The notes below the pieces were generated by a model that did no database searches, was not told the DNA's origin, and worked only from the letters and a program-made list of their open reading frames with translations. From contig CAWDML010000003.1 of the NCBI GenBank assembly GCA_963803435.1, positions 160,001-224,000 of the forward strand: DNA of 64,000 nucleotides. Direction: 5' to 3'. This DNA comes from an uncultured delta proteobacterium (GTDB lineage Bacteria; Myxococcota; Kuafuiibacteriia; Kuafuiibacteriales; Kuafuiibacteriaceae). Shown here one piece after another: positions 1-14,364 of this stretch. Position 1 is the stretch's first letter, and every line of letters starts with the position of its first letter. The position numbers and the translations under genes are program-made.

Positions 1-1
1 G

Positions 2-406
2 CTCGGCATCAAGCACGTGCTGGCGCACCGCGCCTCGGTCTCGACCTACGTCTTCGACGAGATCGACACCGGGATCGGCGGGGCGGTGGCGGAGGTCCTC
101 GGGACCAAGCTGAAGGCGGTGGCGGGATCGGCGCAGATCCTCTGTGTCACGCACCTCCCGCAGATCGCGGCCTATGCGGACGTCCACCTGGTGGTGAAGA
201 AGCGGGAGAAGGACGCACGGACCGTCACCGAGGTCGCGACGCTCGACGAGGCCGCGCGGGTCGAAGAGCTGGCGCGGATGCTCGGAGGGGTCCAGATCAC
301 GGACAAGACGCGGAGCCTCGCCGCCGAGCTGCGGGATTGGGGCGCCGAGGGCAGCGCTCCGATGCCGCCGAAGAGGCGGGTACGGCAAAGTGCGAGCCGC
401 CGCTGA
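2..406 (+). CDS. recN: DNA repair protein RecN, C-terminal part (runs off window start)
   Basis: Walker B/D-loop VFDEIDTGIGG, ILCVTHLPQIAA and RVEELARMLGG motifs typical of the RecN C-terminus. Confidence 0.93.
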   Translation, partial: LGIKHVLAHRASVSTYVFDEIDTGIGGAVAEVLGTKLKAVAGSAQILCVTHLPQIAAYADVHLVVKKREKDARTVTEVATLDEAARVEELARMLGGVQITDKTRSLAAELRDWGAEGSAPMPPKRRVRQSASRR

Positions 407-466
407 ACAGTCGCTCAAAACGTTGAAATGGGGCCCGGCGTCTGCCTAATATCCGGGCGGGCGCCC

Positions 467-1246
467 GTGGCGGACAAGCAGCTCAAGATCCTGTCGTTCG
501 GGCTCACCGACGTGGGCATGCGTCGGGACCACAACGAGGACAGCTATCTCGTCGATGACGAGGCCAATCTCTATGTAGTCGCCGATGGGATGGGCGGGCA
601 TCTGGGCGGCGAGATGGCCTCCATGCTGGCCGTGACCACGATCCAGAACTCGGTCCGGGACGAGCGGAAGACGGTCATCAACGGCAAGGCCTACAAGGGC
701 GCGATCGAGCAGCACCCCGCGCTGATGATGCTGCCGAAGGCCGTGAAGAAGGCGTGCGCCGCGATCTTCAAGAAGGCGCAGGAGGTGCCCGAGCTCCAGG
801 GGATGGGCACCACCGTGACCGGGGTGGCGTTCATCGACAACTACGCCTTCTTCGGTCACGTCGGAGACAGCCGGGCCTACCTGGTCCGGGACGGGCGGAT
901 CGAGCAGCTCTCCGAGGACCACTCCCTGGTGAACGAGCAGCTCAAGGCCGGGCTCATCACGCCCGAGCAGGCCCGGATGAGCCGGTTCAAGCACATCATC
1001 ACGCGATCGGTGGGTTTTGAAGAGGACGTCGCGGTCGATACCATGGTCGTGCCCACGCAGGAGGGCGACATGTACATCCTCTGCAGCGACGGCCTCGCGA
1101 ACCTCGTCTCCACCACGGAGATCCGGGACTCGATCCACGACAACTTTCTCCGCGACGTCCCGCGCGCTCTGATCAGCTTGGCCAACGAGCGCGGCGGCGA
1201 CGACAACATCACGGTCGTCGTCGCGTATGTGAACGGCGAGGAGTGA
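467..1246 (+). CDS. PP2C-family Ser/Thr protein phosphatase (Stp1/PrpC type)
   Basis: TDVGMRRDHNEDS, VADGMGGH, GMGTT, HVGDSRAY, LCSDGL and GGDDNIT motifs; GTG start at 467 chosen. Confidence 0.93.
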   Translation: MADKQLKILSFGLTDVGMRRDHNEDSYLVDDEANLYVVADGMGGHLGGEMASMLAVTTIQNSVRDERKTVINGKAYKGAIEQHPALMMLPKAVKKACAAIFKKAQEVPELQGMGTTVTGVAFIDNYAFFGHVGDSRAYLVRDGRIEQLSEDHSLVNEQLKAGLITPEQARMSRFKHIITRSVGFEEDVAVDTMVVPTQEGDMYILCSDGLANLVSTTEIRDSIHDNFLRDVPRALISLANERGGDDNITVVVAYVNGEE

Positions 1247-1356
1247 TCGACCTCCGTTCGGCGCCGGCATCGGATGACCGGCGACCTCAGGATCCCTTGC
1301 AAAGGCCTCAATAATGCGAGAGACCGGTCGTATAGACTCATGGACGGTGCTGAGTA

Positions 1357-2295
1357 GTGGAGGAACGGTCACGCTATTTCACCCTGATGATCATGCCGGA
1401 GACCTCGGCGGACGAGGTCCGGCGGATACGGGTCTCGCGGCGGTTGATCGTCGCAGCGCTCGTCGGCCTCGCGGTGTTCATCCTGACCGCGTTCGGTGCG
1501 CTGGGTTGGTCGATGCTGTTGCTCGATCAAGCGCGCGACGTACCCGACTTGCGCACGGAGAACAGCTCCCTCCGCGCTGAGATCGACTCGCTCGACACAC
1601 GACTCGAGAACGTCACCGACGTGGTCGATCGTCTCGACAGCCTCGAGTCGAAGCTGCGTGCGCTGACGATGATCTCGGATCCCGAGCGGAACCTGGCGAT
1701 GGGGCCGGTCGGTGGTCCGAGCAACGCGGAGAACGAAGCGCGGCACGCGGCCACCGCCGAGTTGAAGCGAGATCTGATGAGCGACGACGAGGCCGTACAG
1801 TTCGCCGCTGCGCGTCTCGAGTGGACGGAGGGTGCCGCCGGCGCCGCGGTGGCGCGGGCGCAGAAGATGTCGGCGCTGCTCGAGGGCCAGAAGGCGATGC
1901 TGTCCGCCACGCCGAGCCGGCGCCCGAGCCGCGGGTACATCACCAGCGTCTACGGGATGCGGATCGATCCGTTCACCGGGCTCGCCACGCTCCACAGCGG
2001 CATCGACTTCTCGGCGCGCATCGGCTCGCCCGCCAACGCGACCGCCGACGGCGTGGTCATCTTCGCCGCGAAGCAGGGGGCCTACGGCAAGCTGGTCGAG
2101 GTGGACCACGGCCACGGGCTCGTGACCAAGTACGGGCATCTGTCCAAGATCCACGTGAAGGTCGGAGAGGCCGTGAAGCGCGGGCAGACCGTGGGCGAGA
2201 TCGGCAACACCGGCCGATCGACCGGTCCCCACCTCCACTACGAGATTCGGGTCAACGGAATACCGCAGGATCCGCGGCGCTTCATGCTGGAGTGA
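1357..2295 (+). CDS. M23-family metallopeptidase with N-terminal TM and coiled coil
   Basis: HSGIDF, YGHL and STGPHLHYE Zn motifs; located upstream of secA. Confidence 0.92.
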   Translation: MEERSRYFTLMIMPETSADEVRRIRVSRRLIVAALVGLAVFILTAFGALGWSMLLLDQARDVPDLRTENSSLRAEIDSLDTRLENVTDVVDRLDSLESKLRALTMISDPERNLAMGPVGGPSNAENEARHAATAELKRDLMSDDEAVQFAAARLEWTEGAAGAAVARAQKMSALLEGQKAMLSATPSRRPSRGYITSVYGMRIDPFTGLATLHSGIDFSARIGSPANATADGVVIFAAKQGAYGKLVEVDHGHGLVTKYGHLSKIHVKVGEAVKRGQTVGEIGNTGRSTGPHLHYEIRVNGIPQDPRRFMLE

Positions 2296-2364
2296 GCTGC
2301 CCCAGTCATCGCGGGCTTGACGTGGGGGACTGAGGGTCCATACGAAGGGAGCTTCAGGGCCCCC

Positions 2365-5356
<2,992 letters not shown>

Positions 5357-5379
<23 letters not shown>

Positions 5380-5962
5380 GAAGAGCGTCCTGCTCTTCGG
5401 GACCTCGGCGAACCCGCCCACCGGGCGGGGCGGGCACGCCGGGATCATCGCGTGGGCCGCGGCGCGCGACGACGTCGACGAGATCTGGGTGCTGCCGGTG
5501 TACCGGCACGCGTTCGAGGAGAAGCGCGAGATGCCGAGCTTCGATCATCGCATGGCGATGGCGAGGCTGGCGTTCGAGCCCATCTCACCGAAGGTGAAGG
5601 TGCTCGACGTCGAGCGGCGCGTGGCGGAGGCCCTGCCGCGGGAGGCGCTGGTGGGGACGATCGACGTGGTGCGGGCGCTCGAGCGCGAGCATCCGGAGGC
5701 GGCGCTCGGCCTGCTGTTGGGGGCGGACACCTATCGCGATCTGATGTCGGGGAAATGGAAGGAGAGCGAAGCGCTCCGGCAGCGCGTGCGCGTCCTGGCC
5801 GTCGCGAGGAAGGGTGTCGACGAGGACCTCGCGGGCCCCGACCTCGACGCGCTCAGCTCCACGGAGTGCCGCCAGATCGGCGAGACGGAGGGGCTCGCCG
5901 GCCGGGTCGCGCCGGAGGTGGTGGCGTACATCCGAAAGCATCACCTGTACGCGTTCGGCTGA
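5357..5962 (+). CDS. nadD: Nicotinate-nucleotide adenylyltransferase-like protein
   Basis: LFGTSANPPT...GH, LLLGAD, LSSTECR and VVAYIRKHHLY motifs. Confidence 0.8.
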
Positions 5963-6008
5963 GATCCAAAACCCCGGCCGTTCGTTGACACCTTCCAAGG
6001 TGGCGCAC

Positions 6009-7870
6009 ATGATCGACCGCGGTGTGACGACGCCTGCTCCGGCCAAGAAGAAGCGACAAGACCAGCTCGTCGGACAGCTGCTGGCCGGAAAGTACAAGAT
6101 CCTCAAGAAGATCGGCGAGGGCGGCATGGGGTCCGTCTACATCGCCAATCAAGAGCCGATCGATCGCAAGGTGGCCGTGAAGGTCCTCCTCGGCAAGCTG
6201 GCCGAGGACGAGATCGCCGTGAAGCGCTTCGAGCAGGAGGCCAAGGCCATCTCGAAGATGCAGCACCCCAACACCGTCACCATCTACGACTTCGGTCACA
6301 CCGGCGAGGACGAGGGCGAGCGCCTCTACATCGTGATGGAGTACCTGAAGGGGCGCACGCTCACTCAGGTCCTCCGCAACGACGGCCAGATCGCGGCGCC
6401 GCGCAGCGCGCGCATCATCCGACAGGTCTGCGCCTCGCTGGCCGACGCCCACCAGGCGGGCATCATTCATCGCGACCTCAAGCCGGACAACATCTTCCTC
6501 ACCGAGGTCGGCGAGGACAAAGACTGGGTCAAGGTCCTCGACTTCGGGGTGGCGAAGCTCGCCGACGCCGAGGGCGCGGGCACGCTCACGCAGACGGGGA
6601 TGATCTTCGGGACGCCGAAGTACATGTCGCCCGAGCAGGCCGAGGGGCGCCCGATCGACTATCGCGCCGACATCTACGCGCTCGGCGTGGTGTTGTACGA
6701 GCTCCTGGTCGGCCGTCCTCCGTTCATCGCCGACACGCCGGTCGGCCTCCTCCTCAAGCACATCTCCGAGCCGCCGCCCGCCTTCCAGAAGGTCCGCCCC
6801 GATCTCGAGATCGACCCGCGGATGGAAGCGATCGTCATGAAGGCGCTCGAGAAGATCCCGGATCGACGCCACCAGATGGTGTCCGACCTGGCTGCGGATT
6901 CTGGAGAGCTTCGAGCGCTCGGCCACCGGGACGGTCCAGGTCGCCGCCGGCACCGCGCACTCGACCTCGCACCCCGGCATGCCGACCGAGGTCGTCCCCG
7001 GCACGCTCGGCGGTCAAGCGATCACACCGGCGGATCTGCGGCCACCGGGGCACGTGTCGACCAACCTCTCGCTGGGCCAGGAGGGACCGACCGCCGCCGC
7101 CACGCCGCAGCAGCGCCCGCTGACCGCGCAGCAGACCGCACCGGCCAGCGTCTACGGGCGGCAGATGACCTCCGCCGGCCTGACCGCGCCCGTGGGCACG
7201 CCCGGCGGCGTCGACACGCTCGGCGGCGGGCTCTCGGCCGAGATCTCGGGACCGGTGGTCCCGCGACCGAAGCCCAAGGGCAAGATGATGGTGCTCGGCC
7301 TCGGCCTCTTGGTCGGCGCTGGCGCGCTGGCGCTCTTCGTCAACCAGCAGCGCGAAGGTCAGGTGATCGAGTCCCGCCAGATCACCGAGCTCGAGAAGCT
7401 CCCGGTGGCCCCGATCGAGGAGCCCAAGATTCGAGCCGCCGCCGCCGCCCGTGGAGCGTGTCGAGCCTCCGCCTCCGGCCCGGGCCATCATCCACCATCC
7501 GCCCCCGGCCCGACACTCGCCGCCGCCGCCCCCGCCGGCGCCCGCGCGCACGATCACGCTCTCGTTCGAGTCGAGCCCGGCGCATGCGCTGGTGCTCCTC
7601 CGCGGCAAGCAGGTCTGCTTCACGCCCTGCAGGACGGAGCTGCCGAAGGACGACGACGTCCTCACCTTCGCGTTCCAGAAGGAAGGGTTCAAGGACGCCA
7701 CCAAGGTGGTGGCTGCGTCGGGCGATCGCACGGTCGAGGCGACGATGGAGAAGGTGGCGGGGCGACAGACGGCGGTGTCCGTCGAACGACCGCCGCCGCG
7801 CCGACACAAGCAACCGCCCCCGCCGACCACCGGTGCGCCGCTGGATGAGAAGGTGGATGACCTGAAGTGA
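6009..7870 (+). CDS. Ser/Thr protein kinase with TM and C-terminal PEGA-like domain; two apparent frameshifts (~6900, ~7431)
   Basis: GEGGMG, VAVK, HRDLKPDN, DFG and GTPKYMSPEQ motifs; removing one T at each of two GATTC sites joins three ORFs into one. Confidence 0.88.
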
Positions 7871-7879
7871 CCCCGTGAC

Positions 7880-9165
7880 GTGCCGGTCGTCGGATGGTCT
7901 CAGCGTCCGATCCGGATCACGTTCGATCGCATGGGAACGAACGGGACGGACCCGAGAGCGGCTCGATCCAGAATCCGGGACGCGTTCCCGGATGCGCGCC
8001 TCGACGCCTTTCGAAAGCGCTGCGATCCGCTTGCCGACGCGGCGGTGGCGTCGATCGAGGTCGATCCCCAGCGGGCGACTTCGACGGATCTCCTCGACGC
8101 CTGTCGGGCCCTGGCGGGTCGCGGGGAGCCGGCCTGCACCCGCTTCATCGCCGAAACCTCGCCACGATCCCCGAATGGGTTCGGTTCGAGGAGCTCGGTC
8201 TCGGCAGCGAGCTGTTCTTTCGTCACGGAGTGCTGAGCTTGCTGGTCGGCTTCACGGTGCTGATCGACTCGTACGCCGGCTCGAAGGACAACAAGGTGCT
8301 CGTGATGTCCGGCCGCCTCGGCGATCGGACGGCGTTCCGCCGCCTCGTGGAGACGGCCCGTTTCACGCTGGAGTGCGCCGAGCGCGACGGGTTGAGGCCC
8401 GGGCGCCCGGGGCACACCGCGGCCCTCTCGGTCCGGCTGCTGCACGCCCAGGTGCGCCGTCTCTGCCGGCGCTTCGGGTACGACACCGCGCGCTACGACG
8501 AGCCGATCAACCAGGAGGCGATGTGCGGGACGCTGATGCTCTTCTCCTCCGGCGTCATCTTCGCGCTCGAGCGCATCGGCGCGCGCGTCTCAGATGCCGA
8601 GAAGGAGTCCTACCATCGCCTGTGGCGATACGCGGGCTGGTTGATGGGCATCGACCTCGAGCTGCTCCCTGAGACCTTCGCCGAGGAGTGCGCGCTCTAC
8701 GACCGCGTCAAGGAGCATCAGTATCACCCCGACGAGGACACTCGCCGTCTCTTCGGGCACGCGGTCCGGGGCGTCGCTCGTGGTGCCCGCGCCGTGCCCC
8801 GCTGGATCACCGCGCTGGGTGGCGGCCTCCTGGAATCGGAGCGCTTCCTCGAGCAGCTCACGTTACGCTGCGTCGATCCCAAGCTCTCCGCCTGTCTCGA
8901 GCTCGAGCGGTCCGCCGCCTGGCACCTCGCGTTCGAGGGCGGCGCGGTGGTTCTGGGCGCGGCCTCGCGGGTGGGGCGGAAGTCCAAGCTCCTGCGATCC
9001 GTGGCGCGGGCCTCGCAAGGAGCGTTGCTGCGGCGGATTGTCGACGAGCTCACCGCAGATCGGATCCGCTTCGAGGACCCGGGCTTCCGTTCGACTGCGG
9101 GCTCGCGAAGGCCAGAAGGCCGAAACACGGAGCACGAACAATCGGAGGCTTCGAACCGGTCCTAA
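7880..9165 (+). CDS. MpaB/DUF2236 oxygenase-family heme protein (Lcp-like); frameshift ~8160
   Basis: DPLADA, IPEWV, RLVET, VRLLHAQVR, PINQE and LWRYAGWLMGI motifs; start uncertain. Confidence 0.8.
9100..9165 (-). repeat. Solo copy of the inverted-repeat end family (copy B)
   Basis: Minus strand reads TTA|GGACCGGTTCGAAGCCTCCGATTGTTCGTGCTCCGTGTTTCGGCCTTCTGGCCTTCGC, which aligns by eye with 14834-14905. Confidence 0.6.
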
Positions 9166-10385
9166 GGCGAGCCCACCTCCATCAGATCGTCGAACTCCGG
9201 CGGCTCGCCGCCTGCGGGTGCCGACGCCCGCTGTCCCACGCACCGAAACCCGTACTCTCTCGCCCGCTGCGTATCCGGCAATCCTCGGGCTCGCTCTCGA
9301 CCCGCCGCCCGAAGGTGCCGAGCACGTCGCGGGTGAGCGTCTCGTCTCGGTAGCTCCCGCCGAAGAGCGCCCCGCGCGTGCCGGAGAACCTGCCCGTGTC
9401 GCTGGTGATGCAGACGGGATAGATGCCGTAGTCGGCGCCCACGTAGGGCCGATACTGGCCGTACACGCAGCGAGCGGTCTGCGGGCACACGGGCGGATTG
9501 GTGGCGCTGAACGCCTCCTCCGAGAGGGCCGCCAGGCAGAACCAGGGGAGGTCGTCGCCCTTGGGGCCGCGGCTGATTGGATACAGGTCGCCGCTCCACT
9601 CGCTGACGTTGCCCATCAGATCGTAGATTCGGGACGCCGGAGGCGCCGGTCTCCGGATCGGCGCCGGTGACCGTGTCCATCGGCGCGGCGCCCGTGACGG
9701 TGTCGCCGGTGATGTCGACCGGGCGCGGCTTCAAGCACGAGTGCGCCTTCACCACCGCTTGGTCGCACGAGTTCGGCGCCGAGTTGCCGGTCGGATAGAC
9801 GTATTGGCCGAGCGAGACCGGATCGGACTTGTCGGGGACGTTCTGCTGCCGCGTCGCGATCTGCTCCAGGCCGCTGGGGAGCCGGCGGCCGACCCAGTTG
9901 CAGAAGTTGGCCGCCTGCGACTGCGTGATCTCGACGAGCGGGCAGACGTCGAACTGGCTCTCGTCGTTGCAGAGCGGGCCCTTGCCGGCCTTGGCAGGAT
10001 CGGGCTTCTGGCAGGCCCCGCTGTCGATGCAGAGCTGATAGAGCTCGTTCGTCACCTCGACGCGATCGACGCGGAGCTGCCGGGGCGTGACCTGGACGAA
10101 GCAGTTCACCGGCGTCGCCTGATCGCCGGGGTCGCGCCCGCTGAAGACGATCCCCTTTCCGTCCACGGCGCTGACCGCGGGCGTGGAGGTGGCGGCTGCG
10201 GTGGCCGTGTTGGTCAGGCGCGTGCACCAGGCCGAGTTCGGCGCGGCGCTCCGGGTGTCGTCCACCAGCAAGAGCTTGGGGCCGTACGAGATGAGCGCCT
10301 GCGGGAGGCGCTCGGGCGGTTCTCGGGAGTCGATGCAGCCGGCCGCGAAGGCGAGGGGGAGGAGGGCGATCCACTGCGTGCGCAT
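9162..10385 (-). CDS. FGE-sulfatase (SUMF1/C-lectin fold) domain lipoprotein; two frameshifts (~9628, ~9280)
   Basis: Lipobox AAGC, DRVEVTNELY, ANFCNWVGRRLPS, YDLMGNVSEW, GGSY and YGFRCV motifs. Confidence 0.8.
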   Translation of the reverse strand: MRTQWIALLPLAFAAGCIDSREPPERLPQALISYGPKLLLVDDTRSAAPNSAWCTRLTNTATAAATSTPAVSAVDGKGIVFSGRDPGDQATPVNCFVQVTPRQLRVDRVEVTNELYQLCIDSGACQKPDPAKAGKGPLCNDESQFDVCPLVEITQSQAANFCNWVGRRLPSGLEQIATRQQNVPDKSDPVSLGQYVYPTGNSAPNSCDQAVVKAHSCLKPRPVDITGDTVTGAAPMDTVTGADPETGASGVPNLRSDGQRQRVERRPVSNQPRPQGRRPPLVLPGGPLGGGVQRHQSARVPADRSLRVRPVSALRGRRLRHLSRLHHQRHGQVLRHARGALRRELPRRDAHPRRARHLRAAGRERARGLPDTQRAREYGFRCVGQRASAPAGGEPPEFDDLMEVGSP

Positions 10386-10386
10386 C

Positions 10387-11910
10387 TCAGAACCTCCCCG
10401 CGAGCCCGACCGTCGGGCCGTTCTCCGTCGGGATCAGCATCGGCATCACCTGCGCGCTGACGGGCGCCGGGGGCACCGTGCGCGCCCACTTGTAGATGAA
10501 GAAGCTGAACCCTCCGGCGGCGACCACGCTGCCGGTGATCAGCGAGGCGAGCTGGACGACCTTCAGTGTCTTGAGCTCCCCGTTGCCGCGGCGGTTCGGA
10601 TCGTCGTCCGGGAGCGGCCCCTCGTAGAAGGGCGAGCCGTTGACCTGCTCGGGCCCGAGCTGATCGAAGTCGGCGCGCCCGCGGAAGATCTTCTGGAACG
10701 CGAACGGTCCCACGACCCCCAGCGCGCCGCCGATGATCCCGACCAGCATCAGGTTGCGTCCCCAGGCCGAGAGCGTGTCGTCCGAGACGGGAGCGTGGTA
10801 CTCCTCGAGCTGCGCCAGCGCGGTGACCGTCTGATCGCGACCCACGTCGAAGTCTCCCACCCAGCGGTCGTGTCCCATGAGCTCGACCTGCACCTGGTGC
10901 TTGCCGGCGGTGACCGCCTTGGGCTCGCGATAGGGCGACAGGCCCACGATCGCGCCGTCGACGAAGATCCGCGCCCCGTCCTTGCTCACCTTGATGTCGA
11001 GGAAGCCGACGTTCTCCAGCTTCTTCATCTTGAAGTCGAGGGCGAGCGGCTTGTCGTCCGGCATCACAAAGTCGCGCTTCACGGGATCGAAGCCGTTGAG
11101 GTCGAGGTAGAGCGTGTGCGGTCCTGGCGTCACCTTGAAGCGGAAGTTGGTCTGTCCCTGGAGACCCGTGTTGCGATCGTCCAGATAGATGTCGGCGCCG
11201 GGCGGGTCGGACGAGACCGAGAGCTCCTGGAATCGCTCGCGGATCGACTTCTTGAGCCGCTTGATCGTCTCCTCGACGTCCGAGCGATCGGTCGCCGTCG
11301 GATCGAGGTCGAGGTACTGCTGGTAGTGATCGATCGCCTCCTCGTAGCGGGTCATCTTCTCGAAGCTCTTCGCGATGTTGAACAGCGCGGCGGGCTTGGG
11401 CTTGATGTCGAAGGCGGCCTTGAACTCCTCGATCGCCGCCTCGTAGTCCCCGCGGGCGAAGCGCTTCCGGCCCTCCTGGATGCGGGCCTCGTAGCGAGCG
11501 TCGGGTGAAGAGGCGTCGGGGCCGAGCTTCTTCTTGAGCAGCTCGATCTTGTCGAGGGCCTCCGCCTTGTCGCGGGGATCGGTCGCCTCCTTCACGTAGC
11601 GCTCGTAGGCGTTGATCGCCTCCTCCCATTGGGAGAGGCGCTCGTGGCAGCGCGCCACGTTGTACGAGAGGGCGGCCCGCGGCTCGAGGCGATAGGCCTT
11701 CTTGAACTCCTCCAACGCCTCGACGTACTTGCCCGCGCGGTAGTAATTGCGTCCCGCCTCGGCGTGGAGCTTCGCCACCTCCGAGCTGGTCGACGTCCGG
11801 GTGGCGGCAACCGTTGCGGTACCGGTTCCTGCCGATGCCAGGGCAGGGACGCAGAGCGCACCGATCACGAGCCACGCACAAGCCAGTTTCATCTCGGGAA
11901 AAGCTCCCAC
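10387..11910 (-). CDS. Secreted TPR + PEGA domain protein with C-terminal TM segments
   Basis: Signal peptide, two TPR blocks (YNVARCHE, FNIAKSFE) and PEGA repeats (VSSDPPGADIYLD, GARIFVDGAIVGLSP). Confidence 0.85.
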   Translation of the reverse strand: MGAFPEMKLACAWLVIGALCVPALASAGTGTATVAATRTSTSSEVAKLHAEAGRNYYRAGKYVEALEEFKKAYRLEPRAALSYNVARCHERLSQWEEAINAYERYVKEATDPRDKAEALDKIELLKKKLGPDASSPDARYEARIQEGRKRFARGDYEAAIEEFKAAFDIKPKPAALFNIAKSFEKMTRYEEAIDHYQQYLDLDPTATDRSDVEETIKRLKKSIRERFQELSVSSDPPGADIYLDDRNTGLQGQTNFRFKVTPGPHTLYLDLNGFDPVKRDFVMPDDKPLALDFKMKKLENVGFLDIKVSKDGARIFVDGAIVGLSPYREPKAVTAGKHQVQVELMGHDRWVGDFDVGRDQTVTALAQLEEYHAPVSDDTLSAWGRNLMLVGIIGGALGVVGPFAFQKIFRGRADFDQLGPEQVNGSPFYEGPLPDDDPNRRGNGELKTLKVVQLASLITGSVVAAGGFSFFIYKWARTVPPAPVSAQVMPMLIPTENGPTVGLAGRF

Positions 11911-11952
11911 GGCTCCGCCTCGGATTCAACGCCGTGCTACCGTGTGCGCGCG

Positions 11953-12585
11953 ATGGTTCGAAAGGGCGAGTACCTCGAACGGGCCGTCGTGATTCCCCAC
12001 GACGGGCCCCCGCTCGAAGGGCTGTACCATCGGGGGCCGCGATCGCCCGGGCTCTTGATCGCGCCGCCCCATCCCTTTGCAGGCGGCACGATGGAGTCGG
12101 CGGTGATCGCCGAGCTCGCATGGGCGGTGACGCGCGCCGGACATCCGACGCTTCGCTTCAACTACCGCGGTGTGGGTGGGAGCCAGGGCCGCTTCGACGA
12201 AGGGGACGGGGCCTACGCCGATCTCGAGAAGGCCGCGCACCACCTGCGAGCGTGCCTCGACGCGGACGGCGATGGGGATGGCAGGGCTTCTCCCGCCCTC
12301 GCCCTCGTCGGGCTCGGCCTCGGGGCGCATCTGGGGACCCGGTTGGCCCTCGACGACGGCCGGATGTCTCCGCTGATCCTCCTCGACCCGGCGATCGAGG
12401 GCCACACCCTCCCGAGCATGGCCGCCCTAGGCGACGTGGTGCTGATCCAGGCCGAGCACGACGCACCGATCGCGCTCCCGCACGCGCGGCGGGTGGTGGT
12501 ACCTGGCGCCGACCGCACCTTCTTGCGCGGTCTCGTCAATCTCGGGAAAATCGTTGCCGAGACGCTGACATCGAGCGGAAGGTGA
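11953..12585 (+). CDS. Alpha/beta hydrolase-like protein
   Basis: PPHPFAGGTMES and LRFNYRGVGGSQG motifs; the nucleophile elbow reads GLGLG. Confidence 0.8.
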   Translation: MVRKGEYLERAVVIPHDGPPLEGLYHRGPRSPGLLIAPPHPFAGGTMESAVIAELAWAVTRAGHPTLRFNYRGVGGSQGRFDEGDGAYADLEKAAHHLRACLDADGDGDGRASPALALVGLGLGAHLGTRLALDDGRMSPLILLDPAIEGHTLPSMAALGDVVLIQAEHDAPIALPHARRVVVPGADRTFLRGLVNLGKIVAETLTSSGR

Positions 12586-12623
12586 CGGGGAAGCGCCAGC
12601 GGGTCCTCGCGAAACCAATCTGC

Positions 12624-12801
12624 TTGCAAGGCTAGATTCAGCGTGGTACCGCTCGCCTTCCCGTCGTGGGCCGAAGGTCGGTCTGCGCGGGAAATGACAC
12701 ACGCTCGCGTGGGTGCAGGGGTGCTGCAAGGCAGCTTGCAGCCATGGCGCACCGAGAACGCGGGCGGAGGAAGTACGAAAGAACCCCGAGAGAGGAATGA
12801 C
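12624..12801 (+). promoter_or_regulatory. Putative rpsB promoter and long 5' leader
   Basis: TTGCAA-N17-TACCGC preceded by TGG, followed by ~150 nt leader and GAGG SD; rpsB leaders are known autoregulatory sites. Confidence 0.35.
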
Positions 12802-13659
12802 ATGTCCACCGTCACCATGAAGCAGATGCTCGAAGCCGGCGTGCACTTCGGGCATCAGACGAAGCGCTGGAACCCGAAGATGAAGCCTTACATCTTCGGT
12901 GCACGCAACGGCATCTACATCATCGACCTGCAGCAAACGGTCGGATTCTGGCGTCGCGCCTACGATTTCATCGTCGACCTCACCAGCCGCGGAGAGAAGG
13001 TCCTCTTCGTGGGGACCAAGAAACAGGCCCAGGAGGTCATCGCCGAGGAGGCGACCCGGTCGGGCATGTATTACGTCAACAACCGCTGGCTGGGCGGCAC
13101 GCTGACCAACTTCAAGACCGTCAAGCTCTCGATCGAGCGCTTTCGCGCCATCGAACGCATGGAGACCGACGGCACCTTCGAGAAGGTGACCAAGAAGGAG
13201 GTCCTCCGCCTCCAGCGCGAGAAGCAGAAGCTCGAGCGCTCCCTCGGCGGTATCAAGGACATGCAGCGCCTCCCCGGCGCCGCTTTCATCGTCGATCCCA
13301 AGAAAGAGCACATCGCCGTGGCCGAGGCGAACCGGCTCCAGATCCCGGTGGTCGCCATCGTCGACACGAACTGCGACCCCGATCTCATCGACTACGTCAT
13401 CCCGGGCAACGACGACGCCATTCGCTCGCTGAAGCTCTTCACCGCGAATATCGCGGACGCGTGCATCGAAGGCGCCACCAAGTACCACGAGACGGTGGAA
13501 GAGAACACCAAGGCCGAGTCCGATCGCCAGGAAGCCCGGCCGCGACGCGGCGAAGAAGAGCGACCCGGTGGGCCGGCGGTCGAGCGCGTGGCACGCCCCT
13601 CGGTGTCCGAGTCTGCGGTCTCGCCCGACGACGAACGGGAAGCCAAAGCGTCTCTCTAG
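12802..13659 (+). CDS. rpsB: 30S ribosomal protein S2
   Basis: [29 protein letters not shown] and [10 protein letters not shown] motifs. Confidence 0.99.
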   Translation: MSTVTMKQMLEAGVHFGHQTKRWNPKMKPYIFGARNGIYIIDLQQTVGFWRRAYDFIVDLTSRGEKVLFVGTKKQAQEVIAEEATRSGMYYVNNRWLGGTLTNFKTVKLSIERFRAIERMETDGTFEKVTKKEVLRLQREKQKLERSLGGIKDMQRLPGAAFIVDPKKEHIAVAEANRLQIPVVAIVDTNCDPDLIDYVIPGNDDAIRSLKLFTANIADACIEGATKYHETVEENTKAESDRQEARPRRGEEERPGGPAVERVARPSVSESAVSPDDEREAKASL

Positions 13660-13695
13660 CTCCCGGCTTCTCTCTTTTTCCTAGGAACGATCATC

Positions 13696-14364
13696 ATGGC
13701 GAACATCAGCGCGAACGACGTCAAGACTCTCCGCGAGCGTACGCAGGCGGGGATGATGGACTGCAAGAAGGCCCTCCAGGAGTGCGAGGGCGACATGGAC
13801 AAGGCTGCCGATTGGCTCCGCAAGAAGGGCCTGTCGCAGGTGGCGAAGAAGGCCGGCCGGGTGGCCGCGGAGGGCGCGGTCCAGAGCTACATCCACATGG
13901 GCGGCAAGCTCGGGGTGCTGGTCGAGGTCAACTGCGAGTCGGACTTCGTGGCCCGGGGCGAGGACTTTCAGAGCTTCGTGAAGGACGTGGCGATGCACAT
14001 CTGCGCCGCCAACCCGATCTATCTGAAGCGCGAGGACGTCCCCGCCGAGGACGTGGCCAAGGAGCGAGAGATCTACAAGGCGCAGGTGATCGAGTCGGGC
14101 AAGCCGGCCGCCGTCGCCGACAAGATCGTCGAAGGGAAGCTCACCAAGTGGTACAGCGACGTCTGTCTGATGGAGCAGCCCTGGGTGCGCGAGCCGAAGA
14201 TGACGATCGAGGAGCTGCGTGCCTCGGTCATCCAGAAGACCGGTGAGAACATCACGGTCCGCCGCTTCACGCGGTGGGTGCTCGGTGAGGGCATCGAGAA
14301 GAAGAAGGATGATCTCGCCGCCGAGGTCGCCAAGATGAACGAAGCTGCGAAGGGCACGGCATGA
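13696..14364 (+). CDS. tsf: Elongation factor Ts (short form)
   Basis: VKTLRERTQAGMMDCKKAL and EVNCESDFVA motifs. Confidence 0.99.
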   Translation: MANISANDVKTLRERTQAGMMDCKKALQECEGDMDKAADWLRKKGLSQVAKKAGRVAAEGAVQSYIHMGGKLGVLVEVNCESDFVARGEDFQSFVKDVAMHICAANPIYLKREDVPAEDVAKEREIYKAQVIESGKPAAVADKIVEGKLTKWYSDVCLMEQPWVREPKMTIEELRASVIQKTGENITVRRFTRWVLGEGIEKKKDDLAAEVAKMNEAAKGTA

